The translations under genes and the position numbers were made by a program. From contig JACNLP010000042.1 in NCBI GenBank assembly GCA_014381465.1, positions 64,220-128,219 of the forward strand: a DNA stretch of 64,000 nt, in the 5' to 3' direction. The notes beneath the pieces were generated by a model. That model saw only the letters and a list, made by a program, of their open reading frames with translations. It had not been told where the DNA came from and made no database searches. This DNA comes from Flavobacteriales bacterium (GTDB lineage Bacteria > Bacteroidota > Bacteroidia > Flavobacteriales > BACL11). Below are positions 48,932-59,687 of this stretch, piece after piece; positions within the stretch are counted from its first letter, which is position 1; each line of letters opens with the position of its first letter.

Positions 48932-49839
48932 AAATCCCTCACCAACATAACAGAATAAGCATATTTATTAGCCAACTGATTGCCGTGCAAGTAGCGGTAA
49001 ATTGGGAAGTCTCCTAGTACAGAAAGATTCCATTTTTGGGCAATGGTATAATTAATTTGAGGAGCAATATACAATTGAGAACCCCCAGTAGTAATCATTT
49101 CTATTTCTCCCCAATTGTCTTTTTGTTTGTATTCTCCTCTAAGCTGCAGTATTCCCATCCAATTTTGGTTGATGGATTTTGCAGCAAACAATGAACTGTA
49201 ATAGGCATTTCCGTAACGATAGGATTCTACATTATAACCATTTGTTTCTAGTCGGTTAATCAAAAATAAATGCCACCCACTTTTAATGAATCCTTTGTAC
49301 AAAAAAGTTTGAGCCACCAAACCATAAGCCATTGTAGAGGGTTGAATATCTAGTGGTAAAGGAATATCATCTTCCATTTTATATTCTTGCGAAAAAGGTA
49401 TTTTACCACCTAATGATGCCGTAAATTCTACTTCATTAGTTGTGTGTTTGTAGAGTTGCGTTTTTACAGAAATTACGATATTACTGAGTCCAGAAGTAGT
49501 TTTTGTAGAACTCTTGTCGGCAGCATCTACTAAATATTGTGTTTTGTGCAGAAAATAACCTAACTCTGCTTCTACATTTATTTTTTCAGCCAAACCATAA
49601 CTAATGGTGCTTCCGAAAAAACTAAAATCGGCTTCTTTCAAATTCATCATGTTTTCCACAGGCTCACTACCACTATAACGGGTATCGGAAAAACTATAAC
49701 GATAATAGGAAATAGTCCGTAAAGTATTTTCAGGCACAATACCCATATTGGTAGAGCCGCCCACAGGATTTCCTGGTGAACAACATTGGCTCAATCCTAC
49801 AATTGGAAGACTTAGTAAAAGAATAATCAGATAACGCAC
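48928..49839 (-). CDS. Putative outer-membrane beta-barrel (transporter-like) with N-terminal Cys-Cys
   Basis: Signal peptide then QCCSPGNP; alternating beta strands, GLSNI, IQPSTMA, terminal Phe; GTG start. Confidence 0.6.
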   Translation of the reverse strand: MRYLIILLLSLPIVGLSQCCSPGNPVGGSTNMGIVPENTLRTISYYRYSFSDTRYSGSEPVENMMNLKEADFSFFGSTISYGLAEKINVEAELGYFLHKTQYLVDAADKSSTKTTSGLSNIVISVKTQLYKHTTNEVEFTASLGGKIPFSQEYKMEDDIPLPLDIQPSTMAYGLVAQTFLYKGFIKSGWHLFLINRLETNGYNVESYRYGNAYYSSLFAAKSINQNWMGILQLRGEYKQKDNWGEIEMITTGGSQLYIAPQINYTIAQKWNLSVLGDFPIYRYLHGNQLANKYAYSVMLVRDF

Positions 49840-49840
49840 C

Positions 49841-50323
49841 TTATTTTTGCTTGATGTATTTCACCCCATTTTGGATGTAGAAAGTTCCGATAGGTAAAGT
49901 ATTTAAATCTTTTATTTCTTTTCCCAAAAGGTCAAAAATCCTGTTATCCATTTCTTTTGCGCCATTAATATTTTCAATTCCGGAAATAGTTTGTGTATAA
50001 ATAACTCCAGTTGAACCACTATTGAAATCAAGGTGTAAATAAGTTCCTTCTACATTTATAACTACACTATAAATGCAGGAAGAGCAAGTAAAAGAGTAGT
50101 TCCAAGTATTTCCACCACTTGGAACGGAAGTTGTTTCAGAATAATGTATTCCATTTGCAGTATTCAAATTCAGGCTGAATTCGACAATATCATTCACCTC
50201 TACTAATAGAGAATCCTTTGAAAAACCATTACCCCCTACTTGTATGTAATGGGTAGTTTGTGCATTTACAGTTGCTACTAGAAATAGTAGTGCAATGAAA
50301 ATTGTTTGTTTAATTGTTTTCAT
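49841..50323 (-). CDS. Secreted cupredoxin-like protein with short T9SS-like tail
   Basis: Signal peptide; TTHYI...FSKDSLLVEVNDIVEF...H...VPSG..W...EGTY pattern; tail IFDLLGKEI...GTFYIQNGVKYIK. Confidence 0.55.
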   Translation of the reverse strand: MKTIKQTIFIALLFLVATVNAQTTHYIQVGGNGFSKDSLLVEVNDIVEFSLNLNTANGIHYSETTSVPSGGNTWNYSFTCSSCIYSVVINVEGTYLHLDFNSGSTGVIYTQTISGIENINGAKEMDNRIFDLLGKEIKDLNTLPIGTFYIQNGVKYIKQK

Positions 50324-50345
50324 AATTTTATGTTTTTAGTTAGTA

Positions 50346-50573
50346 TTAACAGCAATTATCACTACACGCTTTTGGGTCTAATTGAATAGGAGGACAAGGT
50401 ATTGTTCCGTAAGAACAATAGACACAACAATCATCATTTATTGGTTTGAGAATTTCTTTACAGCCCTTACACTCATAAAACCATTGGCAAGAATCGGTTG
50501 GCATGATTTCTGTTTCTTTATGCCCACATTTTGGACAACAAATCTCTGAGTTTAATTCTACTTTATTGTTCAT
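50346..50573 (-). CDS. GDCCVxC-domain Cys-rich protein
   Basis: CPKCGH.E.E.MPTDSCQWFYECKGC..ILKP..DDCCVYCSYGTIPCPPIQ. Confidence 0.9.
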   Translation of the reverse strand: MNNKVELNSEICCPKCGHKETEIMPTDSCQWFYECKGCKEILKPINDDCCVYCSYGTIPCPPIQLDPKACSDNCC

Positions 50574-51150
50574 CTTTTATCCCTATTACTTTAAAACTTG
50601 TTTTTTTACTGATTACTTTTTTGATTTTCTTCAATGTTAATTGCTCATTATCATAAACGATAGTTGCTGTACCTTCTTTTGCTGATGAGGAGCAACTTAT
50701 CACCCCTTTTGTATTGTTGAGTGCATGGTTGATGTGGTTTTCACAAGAGCCACAAGTCATTCCTTCAATGCTTAGTACTACTTTGCTGCTGTCTTCTGAA
50801 AATACACCTTGCTCTATTGGTGTATTATCATAAAAATTTCCTGAGAATGAAGGAAAGGATAACATGCCAATGGCAAAAATGCTTATGATAGTTAAAAAGG
50901 TTTTTGTTTCCATAAAATTGGTTTTTTGATTTATACAACAGTCTTTCTGTGGTTTTAGTTTTTGATACCAAGCATAGCCCAATACTAGTATTGTGAACCC
51001 TATTAAATAGGGACGAAACGGTTCCATCCAACTTAGATTGGTGGCTGCTCCAGTTCCTCCTGCAATAAGGGCTAAAAGCGGAACAATACAGCAAAGGGAA
51101 GAGGCAATGGCTGCAACTATTCCCGATCCTATTAGTGTCTTTTCTTTCAT
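50563..51150 (-). CDS. merTP: Mercuric transport protein MerT-MerP fusion
   Basis: ASSLCCIVPLL, EPFRPY, CC loop, HMA domain GMTCGSC. Confidence 0.9.
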   Translation of the reverse strand: MKEKTLIGSGIVAAIASSLCCIVPLLALIAGGTGAATNLSWMEPFRPYLIGFTILVLGYAWYQKLKPQKDCCINQKTNFMETKTFLTIISIFAIGMLSFPSFSGNFYDNTPIEQGVFSEDSSKVVLSIEGMTCGSCENHINHALNNTKGVISCSSSAKEGTATIVYDNEQLTLKKIKKVISKKTSFKVIGIKDEQ

Positions 51151-51536
51151 TATATAGCGATTGATTTTAACACTTCCCCTTTTTCAATGCGCTTAAAAAT
51201 ATCCTTAAAAAGATCCGCAAATTCAGCCGTTAAGTAATAATGAATAAGTGTTCCTTTTTTTATACCGTTTATAATACCTCTGTCTTTCATCTTTCGCAAA
51301 TGTTGCGAGATGGCAGGAGCTTTCATAGCTAGTATATCACTCATGTCACAGACGCATAAGTTTGTATGCTGATTGAGTAAATACAAGATTTTTAATCGCA
51401 CATTATTCCCCACTAAATCAAGGGCGCTTGCCATTAAATTAAGGTTATTTTCTACTGCATCAATTTGTTTTTTGCAATCATCAATCTGCTCCAAATTGGC
51501 AAATGCTCTAATGCAATTTTCTGCTTTTGTTTTCAT
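51150..51536 (-). CDS. ArsR/SmtB (CadC-like) metalloregulator
   Basis: N-terminal CIR, RLKILYLL, LCVCD, AISQHLRK. Confidence 0.92.
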   Translation of the reverse strand: MKTKAENCIRAFANLEQIDDCKKQIDAVENNLNLMASALDLVGNNVRLKILYLLNQHTNLCVCDMSDILAMKAPAISQHLRKMKDRGIINGIKKGTLIHYYLTAEFADLFKDIFKRIEKGEVLKSIAI

Positions 51537-51540
51537 AATG

Positions 51541-51548
51541 CAAATGTA
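51541..51548 (-). promoter_or_regulatory. -7 promoter element of the arsR-merTP operon
   Basis: Minus strand TACATTTG, 4 nt before the ATG. Confidence 0.65.
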
Positions 51549-51563
51549 TATAAAATAATTTAT

Positions 51564-51585
51564 TATTTAAGCAAATACTTAAATA
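51564..51585. promoter_or_regulatory. Probable ArsR/CadC operator
   Basis: Perfect 8-6-8 inverted repeat TATTTAAG-CAAATA-CTTAAATA over the -33 region of the arsR promoter. Confidence 0.75.
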
Positions 51586-51644
51586 TATTTTTGTTTATAT
51601 CAATAGTTAATACTATCTACTGCTTTTTGTATATTTTTGCCAAG

Positions 51645-53177
51645 ATGAGAAGGATGAAAATTCCACATAAAAATACCAATAGTTTTTCAAAATTAGTTTT
51701 GGATTACTTGAATAAAGATGAGAAACTAAACTCTTTTGTTAATCATTTTCCATCTATTGAAAATTTTGAAAAGCAAATAAACGAAAAGCAGAATCATCCT
51801 GTAAATAGAAGTGTATTGGTTGAGGTTTTAAAAGAGCAAAACGCTAATTTTTCACTTTCAGAAAAAACGAAAAATAATATTGAGTCTCTTCTAAATGAGA
51901 ATACTTTTTCCATAACCACAGGGCATCAGTTGTGTTTGTTTACAGGGCCTTTATATTTTATTTACAAAATAATTTCTACTCTTAACTTATCAGAACAATT
52001 ACAAGAAAAGTATCCTAATAATAATTTTATTCCTGTTTTTTGGATGGCTACTGAAGACCATGATTTTAAGGAGATAAATCACATCAATTTATTTGGTAAA
52101 AAGATAGTTTGGGATAGTAAGCAAAGTGGCGGGGTTGGAAAAATGAGTTTGAGGGGCGTTGAAAGCGTCTTAACTGAGCTAAAATCAATATTAGGAAATT
52201 CAGAAAATGCGGATAAATTAATCTCTCTTTTTGAAAAAACATATTTAAAACATAATAATTTAGCTGATGCCACTCGCTATTTGGTAAATGAATTGTTTGG
52301 AAAAAATGGTTTAGTGATATTGGATGGGGATGACAAAAGATTTAAAAAGCAATTTATTCCAATTATTAAAAAGGATATTTTAGTGCAAGGATTTGAAAAA
52401 ACAATAACTGAATGCAGTAATGATTTAGCTGTAAATTATAAAACCCAAGCATTTGTTCGTTCAATCAATTTTTTCAGGCTATCTGATGGGAGCAGGGAAT
52501 TGATTAAAGGAGGTACTGATGAAAAAGAAATAGCTGAAAAGCCAGAAAAATTTAGCCCAAATGTGCTAATGCGCCCATTGTATCAAGAAATAATTTTGCC
52601 AAATATTGCTTATATTGGAGGTGGAGCAGAGGTGGCTTACTGGATGCAACTAAAAACTGCTTTTAAACAAGAGGAAATTCCATTTCCCATTTTGGTTTTG
52701 CGTAATTCAGCAATCTTATTAAATGAAAAGCAGATGCTAAAACTTAATAAATTAGGTATTGAAGTTGAAGATTTATTTTTAGAAGAAACAGAATTACACA
52801 AACAATATATTTTATCAGAAGCATCTTCTAAATTTTCTTTGGAAAAAGAAAAGAAAGAATTAGAGAAATTATTTTCAAAATTATTGAATAAAACAACAGA
52901 TAAAAGTTTGCAATCTACCATAAAAGCAGAACAACAAAAGCAGTTGAAATCATTCCAGAAAATGGAACAAAAGCTATTGAAATTTGAAAAGAAAAAACAT
53001 GAATCTGCACTGCAGCAAATCTCTAAATTAAAATCAAATTTATTTCCAAATAATTCTTTGCAGGAACGCTTTGATAATTTTATTCCTTATTATTTAAAAG
53101 ATGGGGAAAACTTTATTGAAATGTTAAAAGATAATTTTGACCCTCTAGATACAAATTTTGTAGTTTTGTCGCACTAA
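51645..53177 (+). CDS. bshC: Bacillithiol biosynthesis cysteine-adding enzyme
   Basis: [49 protein letters not shown]. Start is 51645 or 51654, not 51465. Confidence 0.93.
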   Translation: MRRMKIPHKNTNSFSKLVLDYLNKDEKLNSFVNHFPSIENFEKQINEKQNHPVNRSVLVEVLKEQNANFSLSEKTKNNIESLLNENTFSITTGHQLCLFTGPLYFIYKIISTLNLSEQLQEKYPNNNFIPVFWMATEDHDFKEINHINLFGKKIVWDSKQSGGVGKMSLRGVESVLTELKSILGNSENADKLISLFEKTYLKHNNLADATRYLVNELFGKNGLVILDGDDKRFKKQFIPIIKKDILVQGFEKTITECSNDLAVNYKTQAFVRSINFFRLSDGSRELIKGGTDEKEIAEKPEKFSPNVLMRPLYQEIILPNIAYIGGGAEVAYWMQLKTAFKQEEIPFPILVLRNSAILLNEKQMLKLNKLGIEVEDLFLEETELHKQYILSEASSKFSLEKEKKELEKLFSKLLNKTTDKSLQSTIKAEQQKQLKSFQKMEQKLLKFEKKKHESALQQISKLKSNLFPNNSLQERFDNFIPYYLKDGENFIEMLKDNFDPLDTNFVVLSH

Positions 53178-53190
53178 AAATAACCGCTTA

Positions 53191-54726
53191 ATGCAACACG
53201 AAAAAATACTAATTTTAGATTTTGGATCGCAATATACTCAGCTTATTGCTAGAAGAGTAAGGGAATTAAATATATATTCAGAGATTCATCCTTTCAATAA
53301 AATGCCTGAGATTGATGGCAGTTGGAAAGCAGTAATTTTATCAGGTTCACCTCATTCTGTTCGTGAAGAAAACGCTCCTATACCTGATTTAAGTGCTATT
53401 AAAGGTAAGTTGCCTTTACTTGGTGTTTGTTATGGCGCACAGCATTTGGCTCATGAGTTTGGTGGTGAGGTTTTGCCGTCTAATACAAGGGAATATGGCA
53501 GGGCAAACCTTTCATTTGTTGCTACTGAAAGTCATTTAATGAAAGGAGTTTCAGCCGACTCTCAAGTTTGGATGAGCCATGGAGATACAATAGCAACTAT
53601 ACCTGATAATTATAAAGTTGTTGCATCAACAAATGATGTAAAAGTTGCTGCTTATGAAATTGAAGATGAGCAAACTTATGCCTTACAATTTCATCCTGAG
53701 GTTTATCATTCAAAAGATGGTAGTACTATTCTAAAGAATTTTTTAGTTGATATTTGTGGTTTTTCACAAGACTGGACTCCTGCAACTTTTGTTGATGAAA
53801 CAGTTGCTGAATTGAAAGAAAAAATTGGAGATGATAAAGTTGTTCTTGGTCTTTCTGGTGGTGTAGATTCTACTGTTGCGGCTGTACTTTTAAATAAGGC
53901 AATAGGTGAAAATTTATATTGCATTTTTGTAGATAATGGGCTTTTAAGAAAGGATGAATTTGAAAGTGTTTTGGAACAATACAAAGGAATGGGATTAAAT
54001 GTAAAAGGGGTGAATGCAAAAGATCGTTTCTATGATGTGTTAGCTGGATTATCTGATCCTGAGAAAAAGCGTAAAGCAATTGGTAATAAATTTATTGATG
54101 TTTTTGATGATGAGGCACACAAAATAAAAGATGTAAAATGGTTGGCACAAGGTACAATTTACCCTGATGTTATTGAATCAGTTTCAGCAACTGGAGGGCC
54201 GTCTCAGACTATTAAATCCCACCATAATGTTGGTGGTTTACCTGATTATATGAAACTTAAAATTGTTGAGCCATTAAATACTTTATTTAAAGATGAGGTG
54301 AGAAGAATTGGTCATTCTTTATCAATTGATAAGGAAATTTTAGGAAGACATCCTTTTCCTGGCCCTGGTTTAGCAATTCGTATTTTAGGAGATATTACAA
54401 AAGAAAAAGTTAGAATCTTACAAGAAGTAGATCATATTTTTATTTCTTCATTAAAGTCATCAGGCTTGTATGATAAAGTATGGCAAGCAGGTGCAATATT
54501 TTTACCTGTTCAATCTGTTGGTGTAATGGGAGATGAGCGTACTTATGAAAATGCTGTTGCATTAAGAGCAGTTGAATCAACTGATGGTATGACAGCTGAT
54601 TGGGTGCATTTGCCCTATGATTTTTTAGCAAAAGTTTCTAATGATATTATCAATAAAGTAAAAGGAATTAACCGTGTGGTCTATGATATTTCATCAAAGC
54701 CACCAGCAACTATTGAATGGGAATAA
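53191..54726 (+). CDS. guaA: GMP synthase
   Basis: [37 protein letters not shown]. Confidence 0.98.
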   Translation: MQHEKILILDFGSQYTQLIARRVRELNIYSEIHPFNKMPEIDGSWKAVILSGSPHSVREENAPIPDLSAIKGKLPLLGVCYGAQHLAHEFGGEVLPSNTREYGRANLSFVATESHLMKGVSADSQVWMSHGDTIATIPDNYKVVASTNDVKVAAYEIEDEQTYALQFHPEVYHSKDGSTILKNFLVDICGFSQDWTPATFVDETVAELKEKIGDDKVVLGLSGGVDSTVAAVLLNKAIGENLYCIFVDNGLLRKDEFESVLEQYKGMGLNVKGVNAKDRFYDVLAGLSDPEKKRKAIGNKFIDVFDDEAHKIKDVKWLAQGTIYPDVIESVSATGGPSQTIKSHHNVGGLPDYMKLKIVEPLNTLFKDEVRRIGHSLSIDKEILGRHPFPGPGLAIRILGDITKEKVRILQEVDHIFISSLKSSGLYDKVWQAGAIFLPVQSVGVMGDERTYENAVALRAVESTDGMTADWVHLPYDFLAKVSNDIINKVKGINRVVYDISSKPPATIEWE

Positions 54727-56057
54727 TAAAGAAAATAGTAATTGCTTTATTAATGGTTTTTGTTGTAAGTTTATCAGCACAAACTCAGAACGACAGCTTG
54801 CTTATCAAAGGCAAAATGTATATTCAGCATACGGTAAAACCAACTGAAACATATAAGATTATTTCAAAAAAATACAATGTAAGTATTAATGATTTAAAAT
54901 CTAGTAATAAGAATGTGAAACTATATTTTAATCAGCAATTACTGGTTCCTGTGAAATCTACTTTTTCTGAAAGAATATTATTTAAAAGCAGACAATTAGA
55001 AAGTACTTCTATAATAGGGGTGAAAAAGCAATCAGACACATTAAACATTGCTTTATTATTTCCATTTTACACTACAAAAAATGATTCTCTTTTATCTTTC
55101 TTGGCAAAATCTCAGCAATTGAAAGAAGATGTTTACAAAAAATCATATATGGCTCTCAGCTTCTTGGAAGGCGTAATTATAGCAATAGATTCTCTTAGTA
55201 AAACGGGAATGAAAATTAATTTATTTGTATATGATACTGAAAATGACACATCAAAAGTACAGCAAATAATAGCTGAGGAAAAACTTAAAAATATAGATTT
55301 GATTATAGGTCCAGCTTATCAAAAGAACTTATTAATAGTTGCAAAAGAGTATGGAAAAAATAGTGATAAAACTATTGTGTCTCCACTTTCAAAAAACAGT
55401 AATGTTTTAAAGTATGGAAGTAATATTTATCAAATTATTCCTCCTGAAAAAGTGCAAATCAAAAACATTTCTGATTACATATCAGAAAAATATAAAGATG
55501 AAAGAATTTTAATTCTTGCTCAAAAAAAGAATGAAAAACATGCAAAGGAATACAAAAAGGTTTTTAGGAAAAATAAAAGAAGGGTAAAAATTCGTTTGTT
55601 TGATGGATTTACTGATATTACAAAAGACACTATTTGCACTTTTTTAAGTAATAATAAATATATTGTTTTAATTCCATCTACCGATAGGTCTTTTGTATCT
55701 AAAATAATTCCAGTTTTAGGCACAATTGATACAAATATGACAGTATTTGGTTTGTATAATTGGGGCTCATTTGAAAATTTAGATATAGAGACCTTAATGA
55801 AATTAAATGTGCATTTTCCTAATCCTTATTTCTTTGATTATGAAAATAAGTTAAATAAAAGATTTGTTATGCTTTTTAAAGATAAATTTAGTGAGCTACC
55901 AGATAAATATGCGCAACTTGCATTTGCTGAATGTTTGTATTTCTGCACAAATAAAGGGGATTATAAATTTAAGAAGTATTATCAAAGAGGGGGGAAGCTG
56001 AATTATAATTTACCACTTGTAAAGTATTCTGATTACTCTATTAAAAAAGTTGATTAA
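54717..56057 (+). CDS. LysM + periplasmic-binding-protein (type 1) domain protein
   Basis: Signal peptide, [16 protein letters not shown] Lys[19 protein letters not shown]. Confidence 0.75.
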   Translation: MGIIKKIVIALLMVFVVSLSAQTQNDSLLIKGKMYIQHTVKPTETYKIISKKYNVSINDLKSSNKNVKLYFNQQLLVPVKSTFSERILFKSRQLESTSIIGVKKQSDTLNIALLFPFYTTKNDSLLSFLAKSQQLKEDVYKKSYMALSFLEGVIIAIDSLSKTGMKINLFVYDTENDTSKVQQIIAEEKLKNIDLIIGPAYQKNLLIVAKEYGKNSDKTIVSPLSKNSNVLKYGSNIYQIIPPEKVQIKNISDYISEKYKDERILILAQKKNEKHAKEYKKVFRKNKRRVKIRLFDGFTDITKDTICTFLSNNKYIVLIPSTDRSFVSKIIPVLGTIDTNMTVFGLYNWGSFENLDIETLMKLNVHFPNPYFFDYENKLNKRFVMLFKDKFSELPDKYAQLAFAECLYFCTNKGDYKFKKYYQRGGKLNYNLPLVKYSDYSIKKVD

Positions 56058-56098
56058 CAACTATTTGTAAAACTCATTGATTCTAAACTGATTATTTT

Positions 56099-56108
56099 CT
56101 ATCTTTGT
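56099..56108 (+). promoter_or_regulatory. -7 promoter element of the surface-protein operon
   Basis: TATCTTTG at 56100-56107, 18 nt upstream of ATG 56126. Confidence 0.55.
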
Positions 56109-56125
56109 AGAAACAAGTTTGTTGC

Positions 56126-57973
56126 ATGCGTATTTTTTTATTTAATATAATTATTAGTTATTTTTTTCTTGGTGTTTTTCAAGAATTACATGCCCAATGT
56201 GTAGTAAATGTTGATACTACAAATATATTACATATTGTCTGTCCAAATGGCGGAGCGGTGGGTTCTGCTCAAATTATTCAAGCAACTTACCTAAATTATT
56301 CTTGGCAAAATATTACCAATGGTCAAACGTATAATGGAGGAGGTGGAAGTGGTGGGCCAATAAGAAATGATTTGGATGCAGGTTTTTATGTAATTACTGC
56401 TTCTAATCCTTATAGTAGTGGATGTCCCTCTATTATTTACTCTGATACTTTTGAGATAATAGAAGCATCACCGTCATTTCAATTTTCTCCAACACAGGCA
56501 TGCCCAAATTTATGTAATGTTACAATCTCTGCAAGTATGGGGGTGGCTATACCGGCTGTAAACTATACAATTTCATGGGATAATGGAATTCAAAACTCTT
56601 TACCAATTACATTACAGAATCAATGTGGAGGAAGTCATACTTATGAGATTTTTGCAGATGGTGTGAGTTGTGGGGTTGAAATTATAGAGATAAGTCAGTT
56701 TGCTCAAATGAACCTAGCAACCTCTGTTACAAATGCAAGCTGTACACAAGCCGGAAGCGCTATAGTAACTATCACAGGTGTTGGTGCTTCTGCCGTAAAT
56801 ACTTATTGTAATTCCTATCCGCAATATAACAGTTACACAACTATTGATAATATTGTGCTGGTAGGGGATAATACTACTATATCAAATAATACATCAAGTA
56901 TTTGTGATGCTTATCAGGATTATACTACTCAGTCTGCTGATGTAACTCCAGGAAATTTATATAATTTGAATGTAGATTTAGGCACATGTCATACGGGTGG
57001 TGTTGCTTTAATGGATATAGCCAATGTATATATTGATTGGAATATTGATGGCGACTTTAATGATTTAAACGAGTGGGTCGGACAAGTAAGTCCAACTCAA
57101 AGTCCTTCAACACATACAATTCCAATTACTGTTCCAGTTGGAGCGATACCTGGACAAAGTAGAATGAGAATTGTTGCTCAAAACAACCAGTACCAAGCTA
57201 GTAATCAAGCATTACCCTGTGATGTAAATACAGCTTGGTTTGGCTCTACTGAAGATTATACAATCAATGTAAATGGTTCTGTTGCCAGTCCTGTCACTTA
57301 TTCTTGGTCAGATGGACAAGCTACTCAAACAGCCACTAACCTGAATTCTGGAGTATATTATATTACAATTACTGATGCCAATGGTTGTACCGCTACTGAT
57401 ACCGCTATAATATCTGGTAGTGGAAGTTCTTCTGTTTTGGCAGCATCTAATCAAACTATTTGTAATGGCGAAACGCCAAATTCTTTATCAGCAAATGGGA
57501 GTAGCTCTGGTAGTTATTCTTGGTCTCCACCATCTTCTTTTATCAACCCTAATTTACAGAATCCTACATTCAATGGAGGATTAAATTCATCCGGGATATT
57601 CACTGTAACTTTTACAGACAATAATGGATGTGTTTCTACAGATAATATAACAATTACAGTAAGTCCTGTACCAACTGTAATACTTACAGCTATTCCTTCT
57701 TCAGCTTGTGTTGGAGATGATATTACTTTAACAGCAAACACTTCTATTCCTGTAAACAGATATAGATTTCAGTATAATAGTGGAAGTGGATGGGTCAACA
57801 TAACAAATCCTATTTTTTCTACATCAAACCCATTAATTTTTTCAAATATTTCAAGCACCATACAGTTTAGAGTAAAAGTAAGAGAAGATATGGGTTGTAC
57901 TCCTAGTGTTTGGTCTTCAATTATAACAGTGCCAATTTCAACGGTGGCTACTCAACCAATAAATCATTATTAA
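56126..57973 (+). CDS. Secreted surface protein with SprB-like repeats, GEVED domain and Ig/PKD modules
   Basis: YIDWNIDGDFND..E, SRMRI, GSTEDY (GEVED); YSWSDGQ.TQTATNL.SG.Y.ITITDANGC. Confidence 0.8.
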   Translation: MRIFLFNIIISYFFLGVFQELHAQCVVNVDTTNILHIVCPNGGAVGSAQIIQATYLNYSWQNITNGQTYNGGGGSGGPIRNDLDAGFYVITASNPYSSGCPSIIYSDTFEIIEASPSFQFSPTQACPNLCNVTISASMGVAIPAVNYTISWDNGIQNSLPITLQNQCGGSHTYEIFADGVSCGVEIIEISQFAQMNLATSVTNASCTQAGSAIVTITGVGASAVNTYCNSYPQYNSYTTIDNIVLVGDNTTISNNTSSICDAYQDYTTQSADVTPGNLYNLNVDLGTCHTGGVALMDIANVYIDWNIDGDFNDLNEWVGQVSPTQSPSTHTIPITVPVGAIPGQSRMRIVAQNNQYQASNQALPCDVNTAWFGSTEDYTINVNGSVASPVTYSWSDGQATQTATNLNSGVYYITITDANGCTATDTAIISGSGSSSVLAASNQTICNGETPNSLSANGSSSGSYSWSPPSSFINPNLQNPTFNGGLNSSGIFTVTFTDNNGCVSTDNITITVSPVPTVILTAIPSSACVGDDITLTANTSIPVNRYRFQYNSGSGWVNITNPIFSTSNPLIFSNISSTIQFRVKVREDMGCTPSVWSSIITVPISTVATQPINHY

Positions 57974-57994
57974 CCAATTTTATTAATTAAAAAC

Positions 57995-58567
57995 ATGAAA
58001 ATCATGGAAACAACAAGCAACACATTAAAAGCATTACTTTTTGGAGTATTGTTTTTAGCAGGGAGTCAAATGATGGCTCAAGTAACAACAAATCCTGACA
58101 CAGTATGTGCAGGTGCAACAGGGGAAGCGTATCTAGTTGCAAATACTGCTGGATCTACCTATAACTGGGTAATTACTGGTGGGGGAGGTGCTCAAGTTAC
58201 AGGAAGTAATACCAGTTCCATTACAGTGGATTGGGGTAATACGCCAGGACTTTACCCTTCAGCAGTTAGTATAACTGAAACAGATGTTAATGGCTGTCCT
58301 GGAGCACCAATGGTATTAGATGTTAGGATTATCCAAGTGGCTTTATCTGCATTAGGACCTTTTTGTGCTGGTGATTCTCCTCAAATTTTAAGTCCAACCC
58401 CAACAGGAGGTACGCTTTCTGGTACTGGAGTAGTTGGTGGTAATTTTGATCCTGTAGCTGCTGGTACAGGAACACATATTATTACTTACGATTTGGCAGG
58501 TTGTATTACTACTATTAATGTAGTGGTAAATACAGGACCAACAACAGGACCTATTCAGCACTTCTAG
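57995..58567 (+). CDS. Secreted two-domain Ig/PKD-like protein
   Basis: Signal peptide; DTVCAG...GSTYNW...ITVDWG...ETDVNGC; PTGGTLSGTGV..FDP..AG.GTH.ITY. Confidence 0.75.
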   Translation: MKIMETTSNTLKALLFGVLFLAGSQMMAQVTTNPDTVCAGATGEAYLVANTAGSTYNWVITGGGGAQVTGSNTSSITVDWGNTPGLYPSAVSITETDVNGCPGAPMVLDVRIIQVALSALGPFCAGDSPQILSPTPTGGTLSGTGVVGGNFDPVAAGTGTHIITYDLAGCITTINVVVNTGPTTGPIQHF

Positions 58568-58573
58568 GAATAT

Positions 58574-59641
58574 ATGCTGAAACTAAGACACATTTTCTTT
58601 TTGTGTCTATCAGTAGTTTTTAGCAGTTCCTATTCGCAAAACATTTTACATTTATGTGAGGGTGTTGGTATAGAGAATTTTAAGGTTCCTTATTTGCAAG
58701 GGTCTTTTTACCAATGGCAAATAAATGGTTCGCTAGGAGTTGCTACCATTGTAGGCGGTAACGGTACAGAGGAGATTACTATTGATATACAATCGTCAGG
58801 GAGTTTTGTATTATTGGTTCAAGAAACTGATAGCAATGGCTGTAATGGTACTGATAGTATACAAGTGATAATTCATCCTTTACCACAAACTGATTTTTCA
58901 GTTAGTGGTAATTGTTTGGAAAATCCTACTATTTTTTCAGATAATTCTTATATCCTCACGGATAGTTTGGTAAACTATATTTGGGATTTTGGAGATGGAG
59001 AAATTAGTGCAGGAACACCTACCTCTCATTATTACCAAAGCTTGGGGTTTTATCCTGTGAAACTAATAGTAACATCCAATTTTGGTTGTAGGGATTCTAT
59101 TACAAAAAATGTGCAAATCTTTCCAAAACCAATTGTTGATTTTAGTTACAACCCTCTTTCAGCAAGTATTATAAATCCTATAATTGATTTCACCAACCAA
59201 AGTATAAGTGCCATACCTACAATTTGGGATTTTGATGATTCTACCCTCAGCTATAAAGAAAACCCCACTCACGAATTTACCTATCCTGGAAGTTTTAATG
59301 TGATGCTTGTTGCTTCTGATAGTAATAATTGTGTAGATTCTGCTGAACATATCATAAATATCTTTTATGAACTTTTGTTGTACACACCAAACTCCTTTAG
59401 CCCAAATGGGGATGGTGATAATGATATTTTCTTACCAAAGGGATATCGAATGAATAAATACAAAAGCTATCAATTTATGATTTATAACAGATGGGGAGAA
59501 GTAGTCTTTACTACCGACAATACTGCAAATGGCTGGGATGGAAATAATGCCAAAGCAGATGTTTTTACTTGGGTTATTATTCTTACTGATGAAATGGGTG
59601 CAATAAGAAAGCAAGTAGGAGAGGTTACTTTATTGAAATAA
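58574..59641 (+). CDS. PKD-domain protein with T9SS type B (gliding-motility-associated) C-terminal domain
   Basis: WDFGDG PKD repeats; PNSFSPNGDGDND...IYNRWGE...WDG...GEVTLLK. Confidence 0.9.
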   Translation: MLKLRHIFFLCLSVVFSSSYSQNILHLCEGVGIENFKVPYLQGSFYQWQINGSLGVATIVGGNGTEEITIDIQSSGSFVLLVQETDSNGCNGTDSIQVIIHPLPQTDFSVSGNCLENPTIFSDNSYILTDSLVNYIWDFGDGEISAGTPTSHYYQSLGFYPVKLIVTSNFGCRDSITKNVQIFPKPIVDFSYNPLSASIINPIIDFTNQSISAIPTIWDFDDSTLSYKENPTHEFTYPGSFNVMLVASDSNNCVDSAEHIINIFYELLLYTPNSFSPNGDGDNDIFLPKGYRMNKYKSYQFMIYNRWGEVVFTTDNTANGWDGNNAKADVFTWVIILTDEMGAIRKQVGEVTLLK

Positions 59642-59687
59642 ATCAAGAAGTAAAAACTTCATAAGTTTTGTTTTATTCCCAAATATT

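Noticed and set aside
50346..50573. Selenoprotein (the family includes Sec-containing members)
   Set aside because: No in-frame TGA; all positions are Cys codons and the stop is TAA.
51465..51644. Long N-terminal extension of bshC
   Set aside because: It overlaps arsR and its promoter/operator; the conserved protein starts at 51645 or 51654.
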